A stretch of DNA of 46,180 bases from Bifidobacterium breve (GCA_945900705.1 CAMDKJ010000002.1:1-46180); one strand, 5' to 3'; shown: positions 1-9,600, counted from the first letter of the stretch. Translations and numbers: made by a program. The notes: generated by a model not told the origin, from the sequence alone.

Positions 1-123
1 ACATCAGTATTTGATGGGCTGCGCCCGACGCTCACCGGGTTCACCACCCAAGACGGCAACCAGTTGTGGGCCAATTCAAGATTTCGTGATACGCCCCCGG
101 TCATCTATCGCAATCGGCCCTAG
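1..123 (+). CDS. 3' end of an unidentified CDS running off the left edge
   Basis: Frame +1 is open from base 1 to TAG at 121-123 (...TGFTTQDGNQLWANSRFRDTPPVIYRNRP*). Convergent with the next gene. No family recognised. Confidence 0.25.
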   Translation, partial: TSVFDGLRPTLTGFTTQDGNQLWANSRFRDTPPVIYRNRP

Positions 124-140
124 CTCAGTACGCGGTCAAC

Positions 141-1286
141 TCAACGCAGCGCCCGCGCAACCTCGCGGCAGGCGCGGTACGAATCCAAGTGCATGTCTTC
201 GTCATCTGGCATCGGCCAAGATGACTGCTTGGCGATTACCACACCGCGGGGGCGATCAACGTAGAGCATCTGGCCATGTATCCCGATACCCATGATCACC
301 GCTGGATCCTCACCCGGTCGGTAGCAAAATGAGCGATAGACGCCTTTGGGGAAGAAGTCTTTGAAGTCACCCGCTGCCCACTGCGCCATGTTGCCGTTGT
401 CGTAGGCATCCGCTAGGAACGCCGGGTCGATAACACCCATCCCACCATCACGCATCATCATGCCGAAGCGCGCCATATCGCGCGGGATGACAGAGAGCCC
501 ACCGGCTGCTCGCGGTGAACCTTGGCGATCAACAGTCATGTGCGCCGGTGCCTCGGTGCCAATCTTCGACCAGATGTAATGAGAGAGGGCCGTGGCATAT
601 GGCATGCCACTGGCCGCTTCGATTACCCAGCCGACTAGGTCGGTGGTCGGTGACAGATAGCGAAAGGACTTGCCGTGTTCGCCATCCTTCTTGCGGGATG
701 CGATGAAGTCGTGTAGATCCGGAGCCCCGAGGGGCGCCGGATACCAGCCAACCGAGTTGCGGTAGGCAACGATGTCTGGTCCGGGTGAGTAGTCCTCCTC
801 GAATTGGTAACTCACCGCCATATCGAGCAAATTACGAACAGTGGCAGCACCAAATCCACTATCGGAGACCTGGGGCACATAGTCCGTAACCAGCGCTTCA
901 ACATCAATCAAGCCCTCTTGCACAAGGGCACCGACCAACATGCCGGTGACAGATTTAGTCACACTGAATATCAAATGCGGCTCGACATCGACTACGCCCG
1001 GTGCCAACCATTCGAAAACCAAATTCTCGTCTTGCACCACCGTGAACGAATCAGTATCTGTCGAGTTGAGGAATTCACCAACAGGTTGCCGCCTGTCATG
1101 GAAGTCGACGACCAAATCACCGAGTGCGGGGTTTATGTCCTGATACAAGGTGCGCACCACGGCGGCTGGGTCAACCTGCGCCGTCGGGATCAGTTCACGC
1201 ACATGCCGAAAGGACCAAAAGGTGTGTTCAGGTGCCATCCAGTTATTCAGGGTTGGACGCGTCATGCAACAAGTATGCTCTGCCAA
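141..1286 (-). CDS. serine hydrolase of the beta-lactamase/transpeptidase-like fold
   Basis: 381-aa ORF with an S-x-x-K nucleophile motif (FSVTKSVTG) and a downstream Y-x-N-like YRN. Length fits class C beta-lactamase/esterase-type proteins. Confidence 0.75.
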   Translation of the reverse strand: MAEHTCCMTRPTLNNWMAPEHTFWSFRHVRELIPTAQVDPAAVVRTLYQDINPALGDLVVDFHDRRQPVGEFLNSTDTDSFTVVQDENLVFEWLAPGVVDVEPHLIFSVTKSVTGMLVGALVQEGLIDVEALVTDYVPQVSDSGFGAATVRNLLDMAVSYQFEEDYSPGPDIVAYRNSVGWYPAPLGAPDLHDFIASRKKDGEHGKSFRYLSPTTDLVGWVIEAASGMPYATALSHYIWSKIGTEAPAHMTVDRQGSPRAAGGLSVIPRDMARFGMMMRDGGMGVIDPAFLADAYDNGNMAQWAAGDFKDFFPKGVYRSFCYRPGEDPAVIMGIGIHGQMLYVDRPRGVVIAKQSSWPMPDDEDMHLDSYRACREVARALR

Positions 1287-1328
1287 CTGCCGGGAACCGG
1301 CGAGTTAGCAGTTCAGATGCACGTGCAG

Positions 1329-1955
1329 TCAGCAGTAAAAAGCTTCCTGGTTCCCGGTGGTCCCATTGGTTAGGGACACGGGAGATGAATCCCCACCATT
1401 GGCACCGGGAAGGATCGTGGCCACGGTAGGTGATGCCCAAGCGAGCGGGGCCTTAGCTTTGCCGTCGACGCCGGCCGCACTGATCTTGGCAACCGACACA
1501 TTGATAACTGCTTTGGCCTTGGTGGTGCCCTGCCAGCAGGGTGAGCCCTCTTGGCGCTGCTTGGCTTGGGATGTCGAAACTTTCGTACCCGCGGGGGCCG
1601 CACTTGATCCAGTGAGCGAGTCGGAGCCAAGAACGATGTTGGTCACGTAGTCCAAATCGCCTTCCCACGGCGCGGTGATCGTGAAACTTACGCCTTGGGT
1701 CAATTTCGTTGGAATGGTGAAGGTCACCTGACCGCCCGACACTTTACTTTGCTCCCCAGCCAGAAAATTCGGTTTACCGGGTGCAACCGTTGTGTCCGAC
1801 GCGAGCGCTCGCTGCCACCCGATGGTGCAGCCCTCGCATCCGGAGACGAAAATCTTGATCGTTGTCTGGGGCGCCGCCGCAGTGGCAGCGCTCGGGTAGC
1901 CGGCTACGGCGACCAAGGCGAGCAGCGAACCCACAACCACCGTGCGTATTTTCAC
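1329..1955 (-). CDS. secreted protein of unknown function
   Basis: 208-aa ORF with an N-terminal signal peptide (MKIRTVVVGSLLALVAVAGYPSAATAAAP). No recognisable catalytic motif. Confidence 0.55.
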   Translation of the reverse strand: MKIRTVVVGSLLALVAVAGYPSAATAAAPQTTIKIFVSGCEGCTIGWQRALASDTTVAPGKPNFLAGEQSKVSGGQVTFTIPTKLTQGVSFTITAPWEGDLDYVTNIVLGSDSLTGSSAAPAGTKVSTSQAKQRQEGSPCWQGTTKAKAVINVSVAKISAAGVDGKAKAPLAWASPTVATILPGANGGDSSPVSLTNGTTGNQEAFYC

Positions 1956-2076
1956 TTTCCCTCCAAGGCTTGCATTTGCCAGAAACTTAAACGCGACTCC
2001 GGCACACCACAGGTGAACGATCGGTTAATCCCAATCTGCCGACGCTAGCCTCGCACAGGATGCGGGTTTTCTCTTG

Positions 2077-2149
2077 TGCGCCCGAAGAGATTCGAACTCC
2101 TAACCTTCTGATCCGTAGTCAGATGCTCTATCCGTTGAGCTACGGGCGC
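2077..2149 (-). tRNA. tRNA-Arg (anticodon ACG)
   Basis: The reverse complement reads GCGCCCGTAGCTCAACGGATAGAGCATCTGACTACGGATCAGAAGGTTAGGAGTTCGAATCTCTTCGGGCGCA. Acceptor stem is GCGCCCG/CGGGCGC, the anticodon loop is CTACGGA, and a GTTCGAATC T-loop is present. CCA is not encoded. Confidence 0.9.
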
Positions 2150-2213
2150 CTTGTAACCTGCGAAGTATAGCGTTCAGAGGACATCCGGTTCCGCGCCTAG
2201 GTAACCTGCCGAC

Positions 2214-4463
2214 GTGGGCACCCAAATGGTCAATCGTCGCCGGCGCAGCACCCTAATAATCTTGCCCGCCGTTGTGGCATGGCTCGCCCTGATCGGTGGC
2301 GGCATCGCTCTGGCAGCAGACACCCCTAGCGAACCACCTCCCTGCGGCAATACCGGCCAACCCTGCCAGGGCGATGGCCAGACACCCACCCCACCGAACC
2401 CGGTACCGGGATCGCCGGTGCCAGGTGCGTCCGGTAACCCGCCTGAGGGACCGCCCGTGCCAGTCGAATCCGCGCAGCCTGGGTCAAGTGGCCGACCTAC
2501 CGGTGGCGGTACCAACAACAACACTGGTACCGGCAACGGAGGCGGTAGCCGTCCCTCGGTAGTGATTGACTCGGTGAAACTAATTGTGGGCCAGGCGGTT
2601 AACGTGCCGATCCAGTTTGTGGGCGGTGATGGCGGTGATGAAACCGAGCTCGTTGAGGTTGTGGTCACGGTCACCGGCGGCACTGCCGCAATCCCCGGTG
2701 GTTCTAGTGGTAGCACCGCAACCATCCGCGGACCATTCGGCACCATCAAAAGCAGCATCAGCGGTACCACAATCACCGCGACCGTGCCAGGTGCGGTGGG
2801 CATTAACGTCCGCGGATATCCGGTAGGTCAACCAGAGGAAGGGGTTTCGGGTGCCCGCGACCTGATAGCGACCGCGGAACCCGCACCGACTCCCAGCCCG
2901 ACACCAACTCCTACTCCTTCACCGTCGGCGCCAGCAAAAGCGGCGCCGCAAAGTATTGCTCCGGCTGTATCCGAAACGCAGGTAGCAGCGCCGGTAGTTC
3001 AGACCCGGTCGGCGATCGATCTACCCAAATACGAAGCAATTGAAGAACCCAAGGTCGTGGTTGGCACCACCGTCGCGGCCGTTGCTGTAATTGCCGTAGT
3101 TAGTGTTTCAGCGGGCGCCATGGCCGGTGGTGCTGGTGGTGGTGCGCCTAGCGGTGGTGGTGCCGGTGGTGGTGCGCCTTCGAGTAGCGCAATTCGCCGA
3201 GCTGAAGCCGCCGACCGCCAAGATGCCTCGCATCACGCCACCGAGCGCGCCAGTGCATCACTTACTGGGGTGGATGTTTCATTCGCCGGAGTCGCAGCGG
3301 TAATCGGCGCTGAAGGGGCCGGTGATAGATCTAAGACATGGCGATTACCGCTAACACCCCACATTGATCGCAGCAGTCACAATGGCATCTTGGCCGTTGC
3401 GCGATTTTCGCCATTAAGTGCACGCTTCATCGCTGATGGTATTTACCTGCGGGCAATGCTCGGATCGGCCGCGCTCCTGCTTCCAATTCTCGCAGTAGTG
3501 CTCGGCGTGCTTGGGGTTATCAATGTAAATGGCCTCGCACTTGCACCAAGTGTCGCGCTGCTTGGCGTGATTACTTTCATCGGTGCCTTGGATGCATTCG
3601 CCGGGTTAGCCGCTGTCGTAGTTTTTGGTGCTGGAGTTGCAATATCAGGTGGCATAACCGGCGTCGACAGCGTTCGCACCTTATTGGGCCTTGCGGTAAT
3701 TGGCTTTGGCCCCGCTCTCATCGCCGGCTCATCGCGGCCACTGCGCCGAGCAGGCCACGAGTTTGACGCCTGGGAGCGAGTCACCGATTTCGCCATCATC
3801 CCGCTCCTCGGCGCCTTCGCGGTGCAAAGCATGGTGTCATCTTTATCCGGGTTATCCGGGTATGAAATGCCCATCACTCAATACGCAAACCTCATTGCGC
3901 TTATTGCTCTCATCGGATTACTCGCGCGCGTGAGTCTAGAAGAATTCGCGGCCCGTGCTTACCCAGCACGCATTACCGCGATTGCGCCGGCAGATATTCC
4001 AAAGCCCGGAACTTTGCAACGCACCATCGTCGTGATTATTAGAACGGTGATCTTTGTTTTTATCGCGGTTGCTTTCATCGGAAACGTCTGGCAGCTGTGG
4101 GTTGGCGCATTAATTTTCGCCGCGGCGCAACTTTGTGAGGTTTTCGCTTCAAAAATGCCGAACAATCCGAAACTCTTTCATGCCGTGCCGGTTGGTATCC
4201 CGAAAATGGTATTTATCTTGCTGATCTCACTCGGTGTTACCACGCTGTTGACATTGGTGCTGGGAACTAACGCCGACCTTGCCCGATTCGCATTCGTCTT
4301 CTTGATGCTACCTGGCCTATTGCTCGCCGCCCTTGGCATGTTCGGGCGTGAGCCAATCGAGGGTGATACTCGCTGGTACCTGCGCCCAAATATGCGGCTG
4401 TGGTATCGGGCTGGTGGCGTGCTGCTACTCGTCGCCGCTATCTACATCACGCAATTGCTTTAA
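2214..4463 (+). CDS. large polytopic membrane protein of unknown function
   Basis: 749 aa. It has an N-terminal signal/TM segment, Pro/Gly-rich low-complexity stretches, PTPSPTPTPTPSPS and GGAGGGAPSGGGAGGGAPS linkers, and a C-terminal half with about 8-10 hydrophobic helices. Confidence 0.65.
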   Translation: MGTQMVNRRRRSTLIILPAVVAWLALIGGGIALAADTPSEPPPCGNTGQPCQGDGQTPTPPNPVPGSPVPGASGNPPEGPPVPVESAQPGSSGRPTGGGTNNNTGTGNGGGSRPSVVIDSVKLIVGQAVNVPIQFVGGDGGDETELVEVVVTVTGGTAAIPGGSSGSTATIRGPFGTIKSSISGTTITATVPGAVGINVRGYPVGQPEEGVSGARDLIATAEPAPTPSPTPTPTPSPSAPAKAAPQSIAPAVSETQVAAPVVQTRSAIDLPKYEAIEEPKVVVGTTVAAVAVIAVVSVSAGAMAGGAGGGAPSGGGAGGGAPSSSAIRRAEAADRQDASHHATERASASLTGVDVSFAGVAAVIGAEGAGDRSKTWRLPLTPHIDRSSHNGILAVARFSPLSARFIADGIYLRAMLGSAALLLPILAVVLGVLGVINVNGLALAPSVALLGVITFIGALDAFAGLAAVVVFGAGVAISGGITGVDSVRTLLGLAVIGFGPALIAGSSRPLRRAGHEFDAWERVTDFAIIPLLGAFAVQSMVSSLSGLSGYEMPITQYANLIALIALIGLLARVSLEEFAARAYPARITAIAPADIPKPGTLQRTIVVIIRTVIFVFIAVAFIGNVWQLWVGALIFAAAQLCEVFASKMPNNPKLFHAVPVGIPKMVFILLISLGVTTLLTLVLGTNADLARFAFVFLMLPGLLLAALGMFGREPIEGDTRWYLRPNMRLWYRAGGVLLLVAAIYITQLL

Positions 4464-4480
4464 CCACTAGTAAGACTTCA

Positions 4481-4657
4481 CTAACTAGTAAGCCCTTTGA
4501 ATGCCTCTGCAATCGCGGCTTGGCCAGCAGCTTCGTACTTGTCCGGGACGAGTACTTGCCTAAGTTGAATACCAACCCCATGGCGACCGTGGACCTCGGC
4601 GCTGACCAACGTGCCGGCCTCAGTCTCAGCAAATTCCACATCGAATCTGATGGGCAT
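4481..4657 (-). CDS. possible small protein (58 aa), unknown function
   Basis: In-frame ATG at 4657 within the longer 4481..5050 ORF, preceded by GAGGAA. Product is MPIRFDVEFAETEAGTLVSAEVHGRHGVGIQLRQVLVPDKYEAAGQAAIAEAFKGLTS. It fills the gap between two well-supported genes. The upstream part of the long ORF overlaps the Rieske gene antisense. Confidence 0.3.
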   Translation of the reverse strand: MPIRFDVEFAETEAGTLVSAEVHGRHGVGIQLRQVLVPDKYEAAGQAAIAEAFKGLTS

Positions 4658-4700
4658 TTCCTCGGTATGCACAAACAAACCGGCCGTGTAACAATTCGCT

Positions 4701-5123
4701 ATGGAGTCAACCCGAAGGCAATTTCTGACCGGTGCCTGCGCCCTAGTGGGCGCCGGACTCGGTGCCGCACTACTCGCCGACTCGGCGAATGCGGCCACCG
4801 GCATCAAGCGCAAAAAGAACGGCCAAGTAGAAGTCACGGTCGCACAAATCCCTGGCTTGCAACAAGTAGATGGCGTGGTGAACCTCGGCACCGTCAAGGG
4901 GATTCCAACAGCGGTGGTGTGCACCGGGCCTTCGACATACACCGCGCTGAACCTGCGCTGCCCCCATGCCGGAGTCACCGTGCGCGACACCGGCAGTGAA
5001 TGGCTCTGCCCGGCACACGGATCCCAGTTCGAGTTAGACGGAGCCTTCATAAGTGGGCCCGCCGGTGGCGCCTTGGCACCGGTGCGCTCCCGATTAAGGA
5101 ACGGGATCTTAACGGTCGGTTAG
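4701..5123 (+). CDS. Tat-exported Rieske [2Fe-2S] domain protein
   Basis: Twin-arginine signal (TRRQFLTGACALVGAGLGAALLADSANA). Rieske ligand boxes are CPHAG and CPAHGSQF. Confidence 0.85.
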   Translation: MESTRRQFLTGACALVGAGLGAALLADSANAATGIKRKKNGQVEVTVAQIPGLQQVDGVVNLGTVKGIPTAVVCTGPSTYTALNLRCPHAGVTVRDTGSEWLCPAHGSQFELDGAFISGPAGGALAPVRSRLRNGILTVG

Positions 5124-5180
5124 GCCGCGATCTGTGGGCCAAACACATGGCGCCGTTGACATAAGCCATCGGGGCTTCGG

Positions 5181-5274
5181 TGGCGGAGGCGGGGAGATTT
5201 GAACTCCCGATGGGCGTTAAAACCCAAACCGCATTAGCAGTGCGGCGCCATAGACCGGACTAGGCGACGCCTCC
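5181..5274 (-). tRNA. tRNA-Ser (anticodon GCT)
   Basis: The reverse complement reads GGAGGCGTCGCCTAGTCCGGTCTATGGCGCCGCACTGCTAATGCGG...GGGAGTTCAAATCTCCCCGCCTCCGCCA. It has a long variable arm, anticodon loop CTGCTAA, and an encoded CCA. Confidence 0.9.
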
Positions 5275-5361
5275 ACGCTGGGAACCATAGATTTCTGACC
5301 TGTTGGGTCGTGACATAGGTCGGGGAATCTGTAGTGCAGCCCGTTAAGGGTATCGGGTGCG

Positions 5362-6156
5362 GTGACGCGCCTCGGCAGGAGTCGGGCACACTTGGGTCTC
5401 GTGACAACCACATTGGCGATTGACTGCGGGGGCGGCGGAATCAAGGGCTCGGTCCTTGATGAGTCGGGCACCATGCGGGCCCAGCCGATCAGGGTGCCCA
5501 CCCCTTACCCCTTGCCGACGGCTCTATTTGTCAAGACTTTGGCGGACCTAGCCGCGAGCTTGCCAACCGCTGATCGGGCCACGGTCGGCCTGCCGGGGAT
5601 GATCCGCCACGGGGTGGTGGTCACCACGCCCCACTACGTCACGCGCTCGGGCCCGCGAACCCGGGTGCTGCCCGAACTAGTATTGGAGTGGGAGGGCTTT
5701 GACGCCAAAGCGGCGTTGACCAAAGCTTTCGGTTGCCCCACCATCGTGTTGAACGACGCAGAGGTGCATGGCGCCGGAGTAGTGGCTGGGCAAGGGCTCG
5801 AAGTGGTGCTGACATTGGGCACCGGTTTGGGTTCAGCCGTTTATGACGGTGGCCGCCTAGCACCGCACCTTGAGTTATCGCAGGCTCCGGTGCGCTGGGG
5901 TTTGTCATACGACACCTATATCGGTGAGCATGAGCGTCGTCGACTAGGTGATGCACTTTGGTCGCGGCGCATCGGACGCATGATCGAAGGGCTGCGGCCG
6001 GTGTTCATGTGGGATCGGCTCTATCTAGGTGGCGGCAATAGCCGGCACATCACGCCCGTGATTCTCAATCGCATCGGAGATGACGTTGTGATCGTGCCCA
6101 ACGCTGCAGCCCTTGTTGGCGGTGCACGTGCTTGGCTATTACAGACCGAATCGTGA
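5362..6156 (+). CDS. ppgK: ROK-family polyphosphate/ATP glucokinase
   Basis: 264 aa with an N-terminal phosphate-1 motif (AIDCGGGGIKGSVLD) and an LNDAEVHG motif. The size is typical of actinobacterial PPGK. Confidence 0.7.
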   Translation: MTRLGRSRAHLGLVTTTLAIDCGGGGIKGSVLDESGTMRAQPIRVPTPYPLPTALFVKTLADLAASLPTADRATVGLPGMIRHGVVVTTPHYVTRSGPRTRVLPELVLEWEGFDAKAALTKAFGCPTIVLNDAEVHGAGVVAGQGLEVVLTLGTGLGSAVYDGGRLAPHLELSQAPVRWGLSYDTYIGEHERRRLGDALWSRRIGRMIEGLRPVFMWDRLYLGGGNSRHITPVILNRIGDDVVIVPNAAALVGGARAWLLQTES

Positions 6157-7130
6157 CAACTAGCTTCGCTCCCAAACCACGTAACGTCGATGCTATTGGT
6201 ATCGGCATGTATTTACTCGCCGCTTTTTTGTTTGCACTAAATGGATCTATTTCCAAACTTGCCATGAATGCGGGTCTCGACCCAGCACACCTGACGCAGC
6301 TTCGCAACAGTGGCTCCATGGTCGTGCTGGTGATTTTCGTGCTGCTGACTAATCGGGGTGGCTTTCGCATCCAGCGCGGTGAGCTTCCATTCCTGCTGGC
6401 GTACGGGGTCATTGCATTTGTCTTGGTGCAGTTTCTGTATTTCTTCACCGTGTCGCGGCTCCCACTTGGGCTCGGCACGCTGCTCGCGTTCTTGGCTCCG
6501 GTGGTAGTGGCGCTCTGGGTGCGATTCGGCAAGAAGCAGCCGGTCAGCAACCGGCTTTGGCTAGCCATTGTGCTCATCCTGATCGGGCTAGGGCTGGTTT
6601 CGCAAGTCTGGCTAGGCCTTCGTTTCGACATTCTCGGCGTGCTCGCCGGCTTCGCCCTGGCGTTGGCTCTCGCGCTCTACTGGCTACTCGGTGAGGCCGG
6701 TCAAGAGCGACGCGATGGGGTCTCATTAACCATGTGGGGCTTCATTTTTGCCTCGGCAACGTGGGCCATCTTGCAACCTTGGTGGAGTTTCCCATTTTCA
6801 GTTCTCACTGAAATGTCAGTGCCCGAAACAACCGATTTCCCGGCACTGCCCATCTGGGGCATCATGCTGTGGGGGGTACTGCTCGGCACCGTTGTCCCAT
6901 TCCTCTTGGTCCTGGGTTCACTGCGCCGGATCGGTGCGCAACGGGCCGGCATCGTCGCAACTACTGAACCACTTTGGGCCGGCTTGATCGCTATTTACGT
7001 GCTCGGTGAAATACTCACTTGGGTACAAGCGCTGGGTGGTTGCGTCGTCATTGCTGGAGTTGTACTCGCTGAAACTTCGCGTCGAGTTAGCGCTAAAGAG
7101 GAGGCGGGATCTCTCCCGAGCCCCGTGTAA
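6153..7130 (+). CDS. EamA/DMT-family transporter
   Basis: About 10 hydrophobic helices in two halves. The likely GTG start at 6153 overlaps the ppgK stop (GTGA). The longest ORF starts at 6132. Confidence 0.7.
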   Translation: MTTSFAPKPRNVDAIGIGMYLLAAFLFALNGSISKLAMNAGLDPAHLTQLRNSGSMVVLVIFVLLTNRGGFRIQRGELPFLLAYGVIAFVLVQFLYFFTVSRLPLGLGTLLAFLAPVVVALWVRFGKKQPVSNRLWLAIVLILIGLGLVSQVWLGLRFDILGVLAGFALALALALYWLLGEAGQERRDGVSLTMWGFIFASATWAILQPWWSFPFSVLTEMSVPETTDFPALPIWGIMLWGVLLGTVVPFLLVLGSLRRIGAQRAGIVATTEPLWAGLIAIYVLGEILTWVQALGGCVVIAGVVLAETSRRVSAKEEAGSLPSPV

Positions 7131-8193
7131 TTAATTCAGACGGCACCACCGTCGTTGTTGCCTGGCGCGCTGCATCGGCCAGGCGCGCGAAGAGTGCTTC
7201 CGCGGCCAGGCGCCCAATGCGCCTGGGGTCTTGAGCAACGACACTCACCCCCGGGTTTAACACATCGGCAAGTTCGAAATCATCAAACCCTATTTGCGCA
7301 ACTTCTTTCTCAAGGCCCAACGCCCGCAGGGCGCGGACAGCACCCATGCTGATCAAGTTCTGCGCGGTGAATAGCGCGGTCGGTGGCTGCGCACCTTGTA
7401 AGAGTCCGGTGATACTTATTTCAGCCTGGTCAACTGTCCGAATATCGCGCACCACATAATCGGCCGGTACCTTGACCTGTGCGGCCATCATCGCATCGAG
7501 AAAACCGTCATATCGATCTTCTGCTGTCGGCAGCGCTGACACGCCACCGACGAATGCAATACGTCGATGGCCGAGTGCTATCAGCTGCTGCACCGCATTT
7601 TGGGTTGCTGCTCGGTTGTCGGTGACCACGACGTCGCCTTCAACACCGCGCGGCGCACGATCCACGAAGGCCATCACCAGGCCCGAGCGCATTTCATTGG
7701 CCAGGTAACCCTGTTCGAGGGCTGTTGGCGCGAGGATGAGACCGTCAACTCGTCGCGAAGAAAATGCTTCGACAATTTGCTGCTCTTGGCTTTGATCTTC
7801 GTCAAGGCTGGCCGCGAAGACCGCAACCCCACGTTGCACCGCAACTTCTTCGACGCCTCGCAGAATCGACGCGAAGAACGGGTTAGAGACATCCTCAAGA
7901 ACCAGCCCGATAGTCGCGGTGCGCTGCCCGGACCGCCGCAGATTTGCCGCAGTTAGATTTGGGCGAAAGTCCAGTTGCGCCGCGGCCCGCTCCACCCGGA
8001 TGACCAACTCCGCCGACACCCCGGGCTCGCGATTAACCACCCGAGAGACGGTCTTTAGGCTGACCCCCGCCAGCGCCGCGACCTCGCGCATGGTGGGGCG
8101 CGGCCGGTGCCGACTTGGCCCCTTGGCTGGTGAACTGGGGTTAGATAACGTTGTCATTACGAAAACGGAGTATTGCATATTTCGAGTTGACAA
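7093..8193 (-). CDS. LacI-family transcriptional regulator
   Basis: HTH motif MREVAALAGVSLKTVSRVVN followed by a periplasmic-binding-protein-like sugar-binding core. The true start is probably internal (ATG at 8157 or 8091), because an operator-like palindrome lies at 8144-8155. Confidence 0.85.
   Translation of the reverse strand: MSTRNMQYSVFVMTTLSNPSSPAKGPSRHRPRPTMREVAALAGVSLKTVSRVVNREPGVSAELVIRVERAAAQLDFRPNLTAANLRRSGQRTATIGLVLEDVSNPFFASILRGVEEVAVQRGVAVFAASLDEDQSQEQQIVEAFSSRRVDGLILAPTALEQGYLANEMRSGLVMAFVDRAPRGVEGDVVVTDNRAATQNAVQQLIALGHRRIAFVGGVSALPTAEDRYDGFLDAMMAAQVKVPADYVVRDIRTVDQAEISITGLLQGAQPPTALFTAQNLISMGAVRALRALGLEKEVAQIGFDDFELADVLNPGVSVVAQDPRRIGRLAAEALFARLADAARQATTTVVPSELITRGSGEIPPPL
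8144..8155. promoter_or_regulatory. LacI-type operator candidate O1 (GATAACGTTGTC)
   Basis: 11/12 palindromic around a central CG, in the same family as O2. It overlaps the candidate ATG at 8157 of the LacI gene. Confidence 0.5.
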
Positions 8194-8220
8194 GAAAGGG
8201 GAGGCGCACTAGAACTAGCA

Positions 8221-8232
8221 GACAACGTTGTC
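8221..8232. promoter_or_regulatory. LacI-type operator candidate O2 (GACAACGTTGTC)
   Basis: Perfect 12-bp palindrome with a central CG in the divergent lacI / sugar-ABC intergenic region. It resembles the generic LacI/GalR half-site AACG|CGTT. Confidence 0.6.
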
Positions 8233-8433
8233 ACCTAAGGCGGTGGCAACTTGATAAAAGATACTTGCTTGCGGCCCGGCTGTGAATTTTGCCGGCGCCT
8301 AACTTCGGTGAAGATGCCATAACGGTTAGGCACCGGTACGGTTCCAAGGTCTAGCGGTGGTCCCTTTGGACCACTAGAAAGAGGACGTGACCAAGTGTTA
8401 CATCCACCTCCATCCCCCTTCGAAGGGAAAAAA

Positions 8434-9600
8434 ATGACTAACCGCATCACACGCGGACGAACGTTTGCGGCAATCGCTGCCGTAGGCACCCTCTCGGTGA
8501 TCTTGGCCGCCTGCAGTTCGGGCACCACGGCAACCACAGAGCCAGCGGCACCAGCAGCAACCGAAGCCGCAGCACCAGCTGCGACTGAAGCAGCAGCACC
8601 AGCAGCAACCGTAGCTGTCTCGCTCATCACCAAGGACTCAACCAACCCGTTCTTCGTGGCCATGCAAGAAGGCGCAAAGACCGCGGCTGCAGCAGCCGGT
8701 GTTGACCTGACCGTCGGTTCGGGCAAGGAAGAGGGCGACGATGCGGGCCAGATCGCCCTTATCGAAAACGCCATCGCCCAGGGCCAAGCCGGTATCCTGA
8801 TCACGCCGATGTCGGTCAACGTCAACGAAGCCATCAAGAAGGCCCGCGACGCCGGCCTGTATGTGATTGCTCTTGACACCCCAACCGATCCACCGGACGT
8901 CGTTGACATCACTTTCGCAACGGACAACTGCCTCGCAGGTGAGGCAATTGGCCAGTGGACCGCAGGCAAGCTCAATGGCGCAAAGGCCATCATTGCTCGC
9001 CTCGTGATCTTCAACGATCGCATGGTGTCGGTTGACTACTGCCGCGACAATGGCTTCCTAAAGGGCCTTGGCGTCGACATCGTTGACCCGACGATCATGG
9101 GTGACGAGCCCACCTCGGGCAAGTACACCACCGGTGCCGGTGGCGAGTACGAAATCGTCTGCCTCGAAGCAACGGGCGCCAATGAAGAAGGCGGCCGCAA
9201 GGGCATGGAGACCTGCCTGTCGAAGAACCCAGACATCAACGTCGTCTACACGATCAACGAGCCAACAGCATTCGGTGCCGATGCGGCACTTAAGGCAGCT
9301 GGCAAGACGGTCGGCAAGGATGTCTTCGTTGTCTCGGTTGACGGTGGTCTCGCAGGTGTTGAGGCTGTCAAGGCCGGCAGCATCCAGGCCACCTCGCAGC
9401 AGTACCCGCTGCGGATGGCTTCCCTTGGTGTCGAAGCCATTAAGGCAATTGCCGATGGTGGGGCTCCCCCGGCGAACACGTCAGCAAATGGCCAGTTCTA
9501 CGACACCGGTGTGACCCTTTGCACCGAAGATCCTCAGGACACCGTTACCGCGGCTCCTCAGGAGAATGCGCAGTACTGCATCGACAACGCCTGGGGCTAA
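8434..9600 (+). CDS. sugar ABC transporter substrate-binding lipoprotein (CUT2, ribose/fructose-type)
   Basis: Start at ATG 8434 gives MTNRITRGRTFAAIAAVGTLSVILAACSSG, which contains a lipobox (LAAC). An APAATEAA x3 linker follows, then a type-I periplasmic binding fold (TKDSTNPFFVAM..., VIALDTP). Confidence 0.85.
   Translation: MTNRITRGRTFAAIAAVGTLSVILAACSSGTTATTEPAAPAATEAAAPAATEAAAPAATVAVSLITKDSTNPFFVAMQEGAKTAAAAAGVDLTVGSGKEEGDDAGQIALIENAIAQGQAGILITPMSVNVNEAIKKARDAGLYVIALDTPTDPPDVVDITFATDNCLAGEAIGQWTAGKLNGAKAIIARLVIFNDRMVSVDYCRDNGFLKGLGVDIVDPTIMGDEPTSGKYTTGAGGEYEIVCLEATGANEEGGRKGMETCLSKNPDINVVYTINEPTAFGADAALKAAGKTVGKDVFVVSVDGGLAGVEAVKAGSIQATSQQYPLRMASLGVEAIKAIADGGAPPANTSANGQFYDTGVTLCTEDPQDTVTAAPQENAQYCIDNAWG

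Noticed and set aside
2174-2803. Long antisense or alternative-frame ORFs overlapping well-supported genes. Examples: 2174..2803, 3443..3877, 8235..9023, 23783..24307, 27183..27626, 43368..43841 and 43925..44479.
   Set aside because: These are typical shadow ORFs of high-GC DNA. Their translations are Arg/Pro/Ser/Ala-rich with no motifs, and each lies fully inside a gene with clear family signatures on the other strand or frame.
5217-5501. A 94-aa minus-strand ORF.
   Set aside because: It overlaps tRNA-Ser(GCT) and the ppgK 5' region, and no motif is recognisable.
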